A DNA stretch of 64,000 nucleotides from NCBI GenBank assembly GCA_026390585.1, contig JAPLFP010000355.1:12779-76778 (forward strand), given 5' to 3'. Shown piece after piece: positions 1-10,170 of the stretch (position 1 is its first letter; every line of letters starts with the position of its first letter). The notes under the pieces were generated by a model. The model searched no databases. It was not told the origin of the DNA and worked only from the letters and a program-made list of their open reading frames with translations. A program made the translations under genes and the position numbers. This stretch comes from Ignavibacteriales bacterium. GTDB lineage: Bacteria > Bacteroidota > Ignavibacteria > UBA10030.

Positions 1-159
1 GTTCCGCTCATCACACTTCAATTCATGGGCGGGAATGTTTGGATGTGCCCCCAGTGTCTTCCTATTCTCATTCATTCTCCACACAAATTGACCGGAAAGC
101 TCCCGGGCGCCGAAACGATGGACGCCTCAGAACACAGTCACTGACATGTGACAGTCCGT

Positions 160-210
160 TGCAGCAAAAACAGAAACCCCTTCAATGCACACAGTGCAAG
201 AAGGGGTTTT
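160..210 (-). terminator. rho-independent terminator downstream of serC (hairpin aaaccccttc...gaaggggttt followed by U-run on minus strand)
   Basis: 9-10 bp GC-rich inverted repeat at 174-209; on the minus strand it is followed by TCTGTTTTTGC; lies just 3' of the serC stop. Confidence 0.6.
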
Positions 211-275
211 GAGTTTCATGAAGAAGGTGACCTTCTTCCCGGATTGGATCCTGCTGAAGGTGACCTTCAAATAAG

Positions 276-1364
276 CTACTGCTTGTTCGCAGCGTAGAAC
301 TCCTCCATGAACTTCGCCAAGGCTTCAACCGATTCGACCGGACAAGCATTGTATTGTGAAGACCGGACTCCGCCGACTGATCGGTGACCCTTCAGTCCGA
401 CCAATTGCTTCTTCTTCGCTTCTGCAACAAACTTCTCTTCCAGTTCAGGCGTCGAGAGATTCCATGTGAGGTTCATGATGGACCGATCCGCTTTGTCGCT
501 CACCGATCCCTTGTAGAAACCTGAGTGTGCATCGATTACATCGTAGATCATCTTTGCCTTCTTCTGATTGCGGGCTTCGACAGCTTCGAGCCCACCCTCC
601 TTCTGGATCCACTTGAGGGTTCTGCCAACAACGTAGATGGCGAAGACCGGCGGAGTGTTGTAAAGCGACACACCATCGACATGCGTTTTGTATTTCAGCA
701 TCGAGGGGATCTGCTGTTTTGCTTTGGCTTCAACATACGCCCGTTTGACGACAATCATGGTGACGCCGGCGGGGCCAAGATTCTTCTGCGCGCCCGCATA
801 GATGAGGCTGTACCTACTCCACTCGCGTTTCGTACCAAACATGTCGGAGGACATATCGGCAATCAACGGCACGCTGCCGACCTCGGGGATCGATTTCCAT
901 TCAGTCCCGTAGATCGTATTGTTCGTTGTGATGTGCACATAGTCAGCATCGGGTAAGAAGTTGAAGCTCTTCGGCAGGTAGTTGAAGTTCTTGTCCTTCG
1001 AACTTGCAGCCTCGTTCACAACACCGAACAATTTTGCCTCCTTCGCGGCTTTTGTCGCCCATTCGCCCGTAACGATATAGTCGGCTTTGGTTTGCATGAA
1101 GTTCATCGGGATCATCGCGAACTGCAGACTTGCCCCGCCGCCGACGAATATCACGGCATAGTCCTGCACTGAGAGACCCATGAGGGCGAGCACATCTTTC
1201 TCCGCATCCTGAATGATGGCTTCAAAGTCTTTGGACCTATGGCTGATCTCGAGTATGGACATTCCGAGAGAACCAAGGTTCGCTACAGCATCCCGTGTTT
1301 CCTCGAGCACCGTCAAAGGAAGAACAGCGGGACCCGGATTGAAATTATGTGCTCGATTTGGCAT
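276..1364 (-). CDS. serC: phosphoserine aminotransferase
   Basis: 362-aa ORF with hallmark SerC motifs (SHRSKDF, GHRSVGGVRSS); adjacent to serA. Confidence 0.9.
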   Translation of the reverse strand: MPNRAHNFNPGPAVLPLTVLEETRDAVANLGSLGMSILEISHRSKDFEAIIQDAEKDVLALMGLSVQDYAVIFVGGGASLQFAMIPMNFMQTKADYIVTGEWATKAAKEAKLFGVVNEAASSKDKNFNYLPKSFNFLPDADYVHITTNNTIYGTEWKSIPEVGSVPLIADMSSDMFGTKREWSRYSLIYAGAQKNLGPAGVTMIVVKRAYVEAKAKQQIPSMLKYKTHVDGVSLYNTPPVFAIYVVGRTLKWIQKEGGLEAVEARNQKKAKMIYDVIDAHSGFYKGSVSDKADRSIMNLTWNLSTPELEEKFVAEAKKKQLVGLKGHRSVGGVRSSQYNACPVESVEALAKFMEEFYAANKQ

Positions 1365-1685
1365 GGCAATTCTCCTTCATCATGTGATACTGAGCATCGA
1401 ATTGTACATCGCCAATATACAAATTTTTCAATTCATCGAGCATCGCTGTCGATTCACGAAGGAATGTCCAGGGTATTGAACATCGCGCCGTGAGCTTTCT
1501 CCTATTTCTGATTTCTAGAAACCCCCATTCGCGACATGAGTATTCTGCAGTTGTGACTTGCTCGGAATTTCCTTACGTTTCGACCATAAAATGAGGAGAT
1601 GTAGAGGAAGTTCGAAAAACGGTTGCACCCCATCGGAAACCTCACCTCCCATCTCAAAAGTGTCTTCCTGTCAAAGGAGGCTGCC

Positions 1686-2606
1686 ATGAAAATACTTGTA
1701 ACAGACGGTATATCGCCGGAAGGGGCAAAAATCATGCTCGATGCCGGCCATGATGTCGACCAGGTGAAATATACCCCTGAGGAACTTGTGGCGAATATCG
1801 GAAAGTATGATGCCATCATCGTCCGATCGGCAACGAAGGTGACGAAAGATGTCATCGAAGCAGGAAAAAACCTAAAAGTCATCGCCCGTGGAGGCATCGG
1901 CTTGGACAACATCGATGTCGAGGCTGCCAAGGCGAAGAACCTCCTGGTGCTCAACACACCTGGAGCGTCTGCGATCTCTGTCGCTGAGCTTGCCGTCGGC
2001 CACATGTTTGCCCTCAGCCGTTTCCTCCACGTCAGCAAGATGGAAATGATGGCCGGAAAATGGCCCAAAAAGGAATACTCAAAGGGAATTGAACTGTTCG
2101 GCAAGACGCTCGGTGTGATGGGATTCGGGAATATCGGGAAAGAAACTGCCCGCCGCGCTCTCGGTCTCGGCATGAACGTTCTGGCGTACGATCCACCATT
2201 TACCCTGATGGATTTCGTTGTGCGCATCACAACGCGCGAGAAGCTTCTGGCGGAATCCGATTTCATCACACTGCACATTCCTGCTGACAAAAAGGGGGGC
2301 CCGGCGATCGGGAGGAAAGAATTTGACATGATGAAGAAGGGTGTCATCATCGTCAACTGCGCCCGCGGTGGAGTCGTCGACGAGGTCGCGTTGCTCGAAG
2401 CACTGGAGAGTGGCAAGGTCGGCGGTGTGGGTCTCGATGTGTTTGCCAATGAGCCACCCACCGATGCCCAAAAGGCTCTCCTCAACCATCCGCGCGTCAG
2501 TGTATCACCGCATATCGGAGGATCAACGATCGAGGGGCAGGAGCGTGTCGGCATCGAGATCGCCCAAAAAGTCGTGAAGGCGTTTGATCCGGAAGCATTT
2601 CATTAA
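1686..2606 (+). CDS. serA: D-3-phosphoglycerate dehydrogenase (D-isomer-specific 2-hydroxyacid dehydrogenase)
   Basis: GFGNIGKETARRA Rossmann motif; AAGGAGG RBS 7 nt before the ATG at 1686 (the ORF-track start at 1623 lies upstream of the RBS); serC neighbour. Confidence 0.85.
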   Translation: MKILVTDGISPEGAKIMLDAGHDVDQVKYTPEELVANIGKYDAIIVRSATKVTKDVIEAGKNLKVIARGGIGLDNIDVEAAKAKNLLVLNTPGASAISVAELAVGHMFALSRFLHVSKMEMMAGKWPKKEYSKGIELFGKTLGVMGFGNIGKETARRALGLGMNVLAYDPPFTLMDFVVRITTREKLLAESDFITLHIPADKKGGPAIGRKEFDMMKKGVIIVNCARGGVVDEVALLEALESGKVGGVGLDVFANEPPTDAQKALLNHPRVSVSPHIGGSTIEGQERVGIEIAQKVVKAFDPEAFH

Positions 2607-2624
2607 GAGGAGCCCAAAGATTGT

Positions 2625-3866
2625 ATGTCGACTGTACGTCCGTTCAAAGCATTTCGGCCCAAGCCTGAGTACGCGGGAGAGGTCGCAGCAAAACCGTACG
2701 ATGTGTTGAACTCGGATGAAGCACGCGTGGAAGTCAAAGGACATCCACTCTCGTTTCTCCACATCGGGAAGCCGGAGATTGATCTGGATCCGGGAATTGA
2801 TCTCCACGACTCAAAGGTTTATGCGAAGGGGAAGGAGAATCTTCGGAATCTCATCGACCAGAAGGTGCTCGTTGAGGATCCCGAACCTTATCTCTATGTG
2901 TATGCTCAGACCATGGAGGGGCGGACTCAATACGGAATCGTCGGATGCGCTTCGGTGGAAGAATATTGGAACGACACGATCAAGAAACATGAGCTCACTC
3001 GGAAGGATAAGGAAGAGGACCGCTGCAACCACGTCCGCGTGACAAACTCGCACTCCGGTCCAATCTTCCTCACCTACCCGGACAATGCCGAGATAAACGC
3101 CATCGTAGCAAAAGTCGTGAGTGCGCCTCCGGAAAATGATCATGTAGCAGCTGACGGTATCCGGCACCAGTCGTGGGTCGTCAACGACAAATCGACGATC
3201 CTGAAGCTCCAGCAGCTCTTTGCAGCAACTCCTCATCTGTACGTCGCTGATGGACACCACCGCTCTGCAGCAGCCGGCATCGTGGGACGCGAAAGAAAAC
3301 TGGCGAATCCGAAGCATCGGGGAGACGAAGAGTACAACTTCTTCCTCGCTGTTTGTTTTCCCGCGAGTCAACTGAGAATTCTCGACTACAACAGAGTGGT
3401 GAAGGACTTGAACGGACTTTCCACGCGAGAATTCGTCGACAAGCTGAAGGGGAAGTTTTCTGTGCAGCCCATTCAAGGCCGCCCGAGACTTTCAAACAAA
3501 GGCGAGTTCGGTTTGTACCTCGATGGCAAGTGGCATATCATGACTGCAGCAGAATCATTGCTCAAGGATAACGATCCCGTCGAGCGTCTCGATGTCGCGA
3601 TCCTGCAGAATCACTTGCTGGATCCCATCCTGGGAATCAAGGACCCTCGGACGGACAAGAGAGTTGACTTCGTCGGTGGAATACGCGGCATGGGTGAGCT
3701 CGAGAAGCGTGTTGACTCAGGTCAGATGAAAGTGGCGTTCAGCATGTTTCCCACATCGGTTCATGAACTCATCGCCATTGCCGACGCCGGCAAGATCATG
3801 CCTCCCAAGTCCACCTGGTTCGAACCGAAGCTGCGGGATGGGCTCTTTGTGCATTTTTTGGATTAG
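2625..3866 (+). CDS. DUF1015 family protein (conserved serA/serC-associated protein)
   Basis: N-terminus MSTVRPFKAFRP...KPYDV and central ADGHHRSAAA are characteristic of DUF1015; conserved synteny with serA in FCB-group bacteria. Confidence 0.7.
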   Translation: MSTVRPFKAFRPKPEYAGEVAAKPYDVLNSDEARVEVKGHPLSFLHIGKPEIDLDPGIDLHDSKVYAKGKENLRNLIDQKVLVEDPEPYLYVYAQTMEGRTQYGIVGCASVEEYWNDTIKKHELTRKDKEEDRCNHVRVTNSHSGPIFLTYPDNAEINAIVAKVVSAPPENDHVAADGIRHQSWVVNDKSTILKLQQLFAATPHLYVADGHHRSAAAGIVGRERKLANPKHRGDEEYNFFLAVCFPASQLRILDYNRVVKDLNGLSTREFVDKLKGKFSVQPIQGRPRLSNKGEFGLYLDGKWHIMTAAESLLKDNDPVERLDVAILQNHLLDPILGIKDPRTDKRVDFVGGIRGMGELEKRVDSGQMKVAFSMFPTSVHELIAIADAGKIMPPKSTWFEPKLRDGLFVHFLD

Positions 3867-3970
3867 GGAATTAGTGAAGAGGCTAATTGGTTAATTAGTT
3901 AGTTGGTTAATTGGCCAGGAAGAAATCACCAGTTAACCATTCACCAATTAAAGAGCTTTGGAGGGATGTG

Positions 3971-4504
3971 ATGAAAGGAATTTTGACGGTATTGTTGACT
4001 TGCGCGCTTGTTGTGGGCGCTGCCGCTCAGCACGATATGCAGAAGATGACGAATGGCCCTGCCAAAGCCGTCGCCGTTGTCTATCCTGCAAAAGACAAGA
4101 CAGTGAAGGGTATCATTACCTTCACGCAGATGGAGAATGGTGTTAAGGTTGTTGCTCACCTCGAGGGTTTAACTCCGGGCAAGCATGGGTTCCATGTGCA
4201 TGAGTTCGGCGATTGCAGTGCCCCGGATGCGACCAGCGCGGGCGGCCATTTCAATCCTACACAGATGACACACGGCGCTCCTACCGATGCCATGCATCAC
4301 TCCGGCGACCTTGGAAACATTGTCGCTGACGACAAAGGAGTGGCGGATCTCGAGTGGCTCGATCCCATGATGCAGCTTTCCGGACCCCAGTCAATCATTG
4401 GCCGTGCGGTAATTGTACACGCTAAAGAGGATGATCTGAAGACTCAGCCTACAGGCAATGCTGGAGCGAGAGAGGCGTGTGGAGTAATCGGAGTAGCGAA
4501 ATAG
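3971..4504 (+). CDS. sodC: periplasmic Cu/Zn superoxide dismutase
   Basis: signal peptide plus HVHEFGDC, GGHFNP, HAKEDD, and ACGVIG motifs of SodC. Confidence 0.85.
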   Translation: MKGILTVLLTCALVVGAAAQHDMQKMTNGPAKAVAVVYPAKDKTVKGIITFTQMENGVKVVAHLEGLTPGKHGFHVHEFGDCSAPDATSAGGHFNPTQMTHGAPTDAMHHSGDLGNIVADDKGVADLEWLDPMMQLSGPQSIIGRAVIVHAKEDDLKTQPTGNAGAREACGVIGVAK

Positions 4505-4535
4505 GATCTGTCGGAATTTCATCAGACACAACAAG

Positions 4536-4566
4536 GCCCGGAGAAATCTGGGCTTTTGCTTTTTGT
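4536..4566 (+). terminator. sodC rho-independent terminator
   Basis: aaggcccgg agaaatc tgggcttttgcttttt hairpin plus T-run directly after the sodC stop. Confidence 0.6.
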
Positions 4567-4909
4567 GCGCGCACCACAGCGCTTCACGATCAACTTTTTC
4601 TGCAAAGCGTTCGCGCTTGATACCGCGGAAGATGACCTTGATATTGTCATCGTCAAAAGCCAGCGACCTCCCCTTTGTCCCCTCCTTGCGATGGAAGCAG
4701 TCTGGATGGTGTGTCCCGACACTCAACTCTCAGCGTAGGATTGATCTTCCACCTCCCCTTAATGAGGCTGTCTCAAAAGTCGAGTTCGTAGACATCTTGT
4801 CAGTACTGGCGTTGCTGAATCGCGGATTGTGATTTCAATTCGCGATCGGATTTTCAACACCTGAACAAATGTCACGGTAAAAATAACTTTTTAGACAGCC
4901 TCACATGGG

Positions 4910-5335
4910 GTGGTCAAGCGACAGCGATTTACGATGACCCTGCACTTCAACACGATCCAGCAAAAGAATCGGCGGCGCTTTCTTCGGAGTCATCTCCCCA
5001 AAGCCGAGGCCGTTCTTTGGATGCATCTCTCTCGCCGCCAAATGCTGGGATACAAGTTCCGCCGACAGTACAGCGTTGATCAGTACATCATAGATTTCTA
5101 CTGCCCAGAACTGAAGCTCGCCATTGAGGTAGACGGTGAATGTCACTTCACTGCACCAGCAAGAGAATACGACCGTAATCGTCAAGATTTCATCGAATCT
5201 TTTGGAATCAGATTCCTTAGGGTGACAAACGCAGATGTCCTTGACAATCTTCATGGTTTACTGGATAAGATAGCAGCAACAATCGGGGAAATCCAAAAGG
5301 CTAAAGCCTCAGTCCAGCCATCTCGACCGGCTTAG
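4910..5335 (+). CDS. DUF559 domain protein (Vsr-like / restriction-endonuclease-fold)
   Basis: AEAVLWMHLSRRQMLGYKFRRQYSVDQYIIDFYCPELKLAIEVDGECH...RFLRVTNADV matches the DUF559 signature; GTG at 4910 or ATG at 4934. Confidence 0.75.
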   Translation: MVKRQRFTMTLHFNTIQQKNRRRFLRSHLPKAEAVLWMHLSRRQMLGYKFRRQYSVDQYIIDFYCPELKLAIEVDGECHFTAPAREYDRNRQDFIESFGIRFLRVTNADVLDNLHGLLDKIAATIGEIQKAKASVQPSRPA

Positions 5336-5337
5336 AA

Positions 5338-5510
5338 TCAATCATTGGCGGTGTGGTCATTGTGCATGCGAAGATGGATGATCTGAAGACCCAGCCTGCC
5401 GATAACGCGGGAGCAAGAGAGGCGTGCGGGTTATTGGGGTGGCAAAATAATCGGACTGGTGCACAAGACAAATAAAAGAAGGCCCGGAACACTCCGGGCC
5501 TTTTGCGTTT
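5338..5510 (+). pseudogene. diverged duplicate of the sodC 3' end (encodes SIIGGVVIVHAKMDDLKTQPADNAGAREACGLLGW) plus duplicate terminator
   Basis: ~80% nucleotide identity to 4391-4565, including the ggcccgg..ccgggcc terminator hairpin; no start codon. Confidence 0.65.
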
Positions 5511-5540
5511 CACTTCATTTATCAAATTACGCAGCTCGCA

Positions 5541-6977
5541 TCACCACCCTAGCGCTTTCTTGACCCCTTCGGCATACGACGGATCAGCTTTCGCGAAATG
5601 CATAAGCTGCCGTTCGATGATTGCCTTCGGAACACCAACCATGGCGCCTGCAATTGCCTGATGCAGCCGCTTGCGTTGCTCGGGACCGAGAAGCCGGTAC
5701 AGGTCTCCTGCCTGAGTGAAATCATCATTTCCCATTCGATGATCGTACCGGTCGGCATCTCCCGATATCTTCAAAGGGGGTTCCTTAAATTTTGCATCCT
5801 CCTTCGGACCTCCCATGGTGTTCGGTTCGTAGTTGACGGACCCTCCACCGTTCCCGTCAGCCCGCATGACCCCATCGCGATAGTATGTATCCACGGAGAC
5901 GTGAGGACGATTCACCGGAAGACTTTCGTAGTTGACGCCGAGTCGGTGTCGGTGCGCGTCTGCGTACGATACGATGCGGAACTGCAGCATTTTGTCAGGG
6001 CTGTGACCGATTCCCGGTACAACATTCGCCGGAGAAAAGGCGGCCTGTTCAACTTCTGCAAAGTAGTTCTCCGGGTTCCGGTTCAATTCCATGATGCCGA
6101 CTTCGTGCAGGGGATATTCTTTGTGCGGCCACACTTTTGTGAGATCGAAAGGATTATACGGCGTCTTTTCCGCATCCGTCTCCGGCATCACCTGCACCAA
6201 TACCCGCCACTTTGGAAAGTCGCCGCGCGCAATTGCTTCGAAGAGATCTCGCTGATGGCTTTCCCTATCCTTCGCAATGATTGCCGCAGATTCTTCGTCA
6301 GTCATTGTCTTGATCCCCTGCAGCGTCTTAAAATGGAACTTGACCCAAAACCGCTGTTGCTTTGCATTGATGAAACTGTACGTGTGGCTTCCGTAGCCGT
6401 TCAAATGCCGATAGCTGCGCGGAAGACCACGATCTGAAAATAGGATCGTGACTTGATGCAGGCTTTCAGGAGACAACGACCAGAAGTCCCACATTGCAGT
6501 CGCACTCCGGAGGTTCGTCTTCGGGTCGCGCTTTTGTGTATGGATGAAATCCGGGAACTTGTACGGATCCCGGATGAAGAAGACCGGCGTGTTGTTCCCC
6601 ACCAGATCCCAGTTTCCTTCGTCTGTATAGAACTTGAGCGCAAATCCTCGGACATCCCGCTCCGCGTCGGCTGCACCTCGTTCACCAGCGACAGTGGAAA
6701 AGCGGAGGAAGCATTCCGTCTTCTTTCCCACCTTGGAAAAAATGCCGGCGGTTGTATACTTACTGATGTCCTTCGTCACTTTGAATACGCCATAGGCACC
6801 AGACCCCTTGGCGTGAACAACGCGTTCTGGAATTCGCTCACGATTGAAATGAGCGTGCTTCTCGAAAAGCTGCCAGTCTTGCACCAGCAACGGACCACGC
6901 GGTCCGGCTGTCAATGAGTTTTGGTTGTCTCCAACCGGAATCCCGGCCGAAGTGGTCAATTGCTTCTTCTTTGCCAT
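5541..6977 (-). CDS. katA: monofunctional heme catalase
   Basis: 478 aa; canonical catalase motifs ([22 protein letters not shown]-like, proximal-Tyr region RLFSYADAH variant). Confidence 0.9.
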   Translation of the reverse strand: MAKKKQLTTSAGIPVGDNQNSLTAGPRGPLLVQDWQLFEKHAHFNRERIPERVVHAKGSGAYGVFKVTKDISKYTTAGIFSKVGKKTECFLRFSTVAGERGAADAERDVRGFALKFYTDEGNWDLVGNNTPVFFIRDPYKFPDFIHTQKRDPKTNLRSATAMWDFWSLSPESLHQVTILFSDRGLPRSYRHLNGYGSHTYSFINAKQQRFWVKFHFKTLQGIKTMTDEESAAIIAKDRESHQRDLFEAIARGDFPKWRVLVQVMPETDAEKTPYNPFDLTKVWPHKEYPLHEVGIMELNRNPENYFAEVEQAAFSPANVVPGIGHSPDKMLQFRIVSYADAHRHRLGVNYESLPVNRPHVSVDTYYRDGVMRADGNGGGSVNYEPNTMGGPKEDAKFKEPPLKISGDADRYDHRMGNDDFTQAGDLYRLLGPEQRKRLHQAIAGAMVGVPKAIIERQLMHFAKADPSYAEGVKKALGW

Positions 6978-7038
6978 GTTCGCCTCCAGTTAGTTTAGTC
7001 GGGGAGTGAAGTTTCAGATGCAATTCAGAAATAGCACA

Positions 7039-9891
7039 TTATCTCTTCTCCAGCTCGTACGCCCGCGTCTTTCCCTTCTCGATCGCAGGAAGCCCTATCG
7101 TCATCCACACCGGAGCCGGCTGGCCCATCAGATAATGATCGAAGAACTGCAGCATACGAATAGACAGATCTTTTCTGTTTTTCCGCTGGACCAGATTGTG
7201 CGCTTCCCCGTTGTAGGTCAACATCCATACAGGTTTGTGCAACCTGCGCAACGCGGCGAACAACTCGATTCCCTGATACCACGGCACTGCTCCGTCTGCA
7301 TCGTTCGCCATGATCAGCAGAGGCGTCGTTATGTTCGGTGCACGGAAGAGTGCAGAGTTTTCCAGATACAGCATCGGCTTTTCCCATAGGGTGGCTCCGA
7401 TGCGACTTTGCTCCTTTTCATACTGCATCATCCGGCTCACGCCTGACTCCCAGCGAATGCCACCATAGGCGCTTGTCATGTTCGAAACGGGTGCTCCGGC
7501 TCCCGCCGCCGCGAACATGGTAGAGTTCGCAACCAAATATGCCACTTGATAGCCACCCCAGCTCTGTCCTTGAATTGCCACCTTCGAACTGTCAATGAAT
7601 CCCGCCTCAATCAACTTCAGGATTCCTGGCACAATGCAATCATACGCACTCTTGCCGGGATAGCCGACTCTGTACCGGATGTCTGGAACAAAGACAACGT
7701 AGCCGCGACTAGCAAAAAGGGCGATGTTCACTGTAGAGGCAGACGGCGCCGGCGGAATGTAACGATGGAGGAGATCAGAGTTTCTTTCATAGAAGTACGA
7801 TATCAGCGGATACTTCTTCTTCGGATCGAAGTTCTCCGGTTTGTAGAGAAGTCCGTCGATCGGCTTTCCATCTCCGGCGACCCACGACACGAGTTCAACA
7901 CTTCCCCAGAGATAGTCCTTCTGCTGGGGATTGATATCGCTGATGCGATCGAGATGAGTCATCGCCATGCCGGTCACGTACAGATCCGGGCACTCGCGGA
8001 AATTGCTCCGCGTCATGATCAGCTTGTCACTGTTTTCCGCCTTTTGAGGCGCCGAGAAAACGTATGGCTGCATGATGATCTTCCGTGGCGGGAGAGTCTC
8101 ATTCAGCTTCAAGGTGCAGAACCCTGATGACTTGTCAGTATAGGAGAACGCATCGAGAAGCACCTGAGCGTCAGAATTCAAAAACTTCTCGTCGCGATCG
8201 AGCCGTACATATCGCAGGCGGAGGTTCTCTTTGCGCCCCATGCGGGTGAGATTCTCTGCCGGACGTTTCCCTTCCGGATCGAGCCTCCAGATGTCATGAC
8301 GATCGTAAACGAAAACATCTTTGTCATCCTTTGTCCATCCCATCATCCCATGGGGCGAAGGATCACCGGGAACATCATTGAGCTCATTGTAGACTGGGAA
8401 TGGAACCGTTGCCGAAATGTTGACCGTTTTCTCCTTCTTTACCGAGTAGGCTCGCCAACATGTATCTTCTTCCGCATACCAGGTAATGTACTGAGCCCCA
8501 GGAGAAAGGGCTGCGCTCCCTTGAGTCTTCGTCGCAATTTTCTTTGCCTCTCCGGTAAGGAGGTCAACAAGATATACGTCGCGATAGACCGCATCCCATG
8601 ATATCAACTGGCGGTACGGAATTTCCGATATGCCGACGGCCATGTCTGCATTCCCTTCGATTCCCGCCGTGACGGTCGGCATATTTGGGTTCGCAAGCTG
8701 AACGAATTTCCTTTTCTTCAGATGAACTACTGCCGAATAGGAGCGCTTCTTTTCATTGTCGAGATTCTTCAACTGATGCGGCTGCAGATACGGGTCCTGC
8801 CAATTCCATATGTCAAGTTTGGCCGTCTCCTCATCATTCATCGTGGTGTCTTCGGGCATCGGCACCGGAGCAGTTCCAAAAAGGAGCCGCTTTCCGTCCT
8901 TGGAAAAGAAGATCCGACCGTTCTCGCTGACCAGCCATTTCTTCGGCATGCCCTGCGTCAGAGTATCGACAAGAACTTCGGCAGACTTCACATTCTCTGA
9001 CCAATAGTACAGCGAATAGTACCGTTGCTTGGCTTTGGAGGTATCCCGATCGGCAACGAAGGCGGCTTGTGTTCCCTCTTCATCGCAGACCACCCCTTTG
9101 AATTTCCCTTTTCCGACCACCAACGTATCGCAAAAGAACTTTGCAGTGTCGACGGCAGATTTCTCGGTATTGACGGTGAACACGCCTGCCTTGACAGTGC
9201 TGTCATTTCCCGTCGTTGCCACAATGAACCGCTTCCCGTTTTTCGAGAAGGCAAATTCACTGCCAAACGAGAAGCTGTATTCTTTGCCAGCAATCAGGTT
9301 CCGCAAGACAATCGTGGTTCCTTTCTCTTCTTTCTTTGGAGTTTCCTCGTCGGCCGGATCTGCGGCATCGTCCTTGTTCTCGAGGGCCTTCTTTCCCTTC
9401 TTCGTGGTGTCCGTTGGCTCCTTTTCATTTTGATAGGCAACCCAACCCGAGCCCTTCTCGGGGAGTTTGAATGACTTCACGCGAGGGATCTTTATGAGTT
9501 TCGACGTCGCCAGATTGTAGATGCCGAGTGAGTCCTTCGGCAGATCGTCCTCTTTCTTCTTTGCGATCTTCAGCTTCTTTACCTCCGCATAGAACGGCTT
9601 TATCGAGAACACGACGAAATCGGAGGCTTCGGCGATCTTCGCGTTCATGCCGCGCGGAATGGTGTCGTACTTCTTCGAGTCCGTATTGAAAACGACAAGA
9701 TGAGCATCCCCTTCCTGCGGTTCGACGGAATAGACAACCCACTTTCCATCATTCGAAATGGATTCACCATTGACTTTCTTCCAGTTGTCATAAACATCGT
9801 GATTCAGGGGCTTCTTTGCTGTCGTCTGGCAGAGCGCGGTTTGCATGAGAGCGGCTGCAAGCAAAGCAAGAACGATGGTGCAAGATTTCAT
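7039..9891 (-). CDS. secreted S9 family serine peptidase (prolyl oligopeptidase / dipeptidyl-peptidase-like with N-terminal beta-propeller)
   Basis: GQSWGGYQ catalytic-Ser motif in the C-terminal alpha/beta hydrolase domain; signal peptide begins at MKSCTIVLALLAAA (start 9891, GGAG RBS). Confidence 0.8.
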   Translation of the reverse strand: MKSCTIVLALLAAALMQTALCQTTAKKPLNHDVYDNWKKVNGESISNDGKWVVYSVEPQEGDAHLVVFNTDSKKYDTIPRGMNAKIAEASDFVVFSIKPFYAEVKKLKIAKKKEDDLPKDSLGIYNLATSKLIKIPRVKSFKLPEKGSGWVAYQNEKEPTDTTKKGKKALENKDDAADPADEETPKKEEKGTTIVLRNLIAGKEYSFSFGSEFAFSKNGKRFIVATTGNDSTVKAGVFTVNTEKSAVDTAKFFCDTLVVGKGKFKGVVCDEEGTQAAFVADRDTSKAKQRYYSLYYWSENVKSAEVLVDTLTQGMPKKWLVSENGRIFFSKDGKRLLFGTAPVPMPEDTTMNDEETAKLDIWNWQDPYLQPHQLKNLDNEKKRSYSAVVHLKKRKFVQLANPNMPTVTAGIEGNADMAVGISEIPYRQLISWDAVYRDVYLVDLLTGEAKKIATKTQGSAALSPGAQYITWYAEEDTCWRAYSVKKEKTVNISATVPFPVYNELNDVPGDPSPHGMMGWTKDDKDVFVYDRHDIWRLDPEGKRPAENLTRMGRKENLRLRYVRLDRDEKFLNSDAQVLLDAFSYTDKSSGFCTLKLNETLPPRKIIMQPYVFSAPQKAENSDKLIMTRSNFRECPDLYVTGMAMTHLDRISDINPQQKDYLWGSVELVSWVAGDGKPIDGLLYKPENFDPKKKYPLISYFYERNSDLLHRYIPPAPSASTVNIALFASRGYVVFVPDIRYRVGYPGKSAYDCIVPGILKLIEAGFIDSSKVAIQGQSWGGYQVAYLVANSTMFAAAGAGAPVSNMTSAYGGIRWESGVSRMMQYEKEQSRIGATLWEKPMLYLENSALFRAPNITTPLLIMANDADGAVPWYQGIELFAALRRLHKPVWMLTYNGEAHNLVQRKNRKDLSIRMLQFFDHYLMGQPAPVWMTIGLPAIEKGKTRAYELEKR

Positions 9892-10170
9892 AGGAACTCC
9901 AGACTGCAGGTTGTGGTGGATTGCTGACGGGACACAATACAGGACGCCGGTGTGAGACGATGATACCAATATTCTCGAATGCATTCAAATTGAATCTTGA
10001 GATGGCAACCCCCAGATGATGCGCAGCCCCAGGCAGGCGCATGCCCCTGACCAGCCCCATCGTTCAGAATGTACGATGTCGATCTCCCCCTTTGATTTTA
10101 CCCACCGTTTCCCTTAGATTAGCACCGTAGCGCCGAACCCCTCCATCCCATAGACTGGTCAAACCACGCA

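Noticed and set aside
1502-2554. 350-aa ORF on the minus strand
   Set aside because: It lies entirely antisense to the well-supported serA gene. Its product is low-complexity and Ser/Pro/Arg-rich, so it is a spurious ORF.
6401-6917. ORFs of 94-154 aa on both strands inside the catalase gene
   Set aside because: They are fully nested in a high-confidence catalase CDS, so they are spurious alternative frames.
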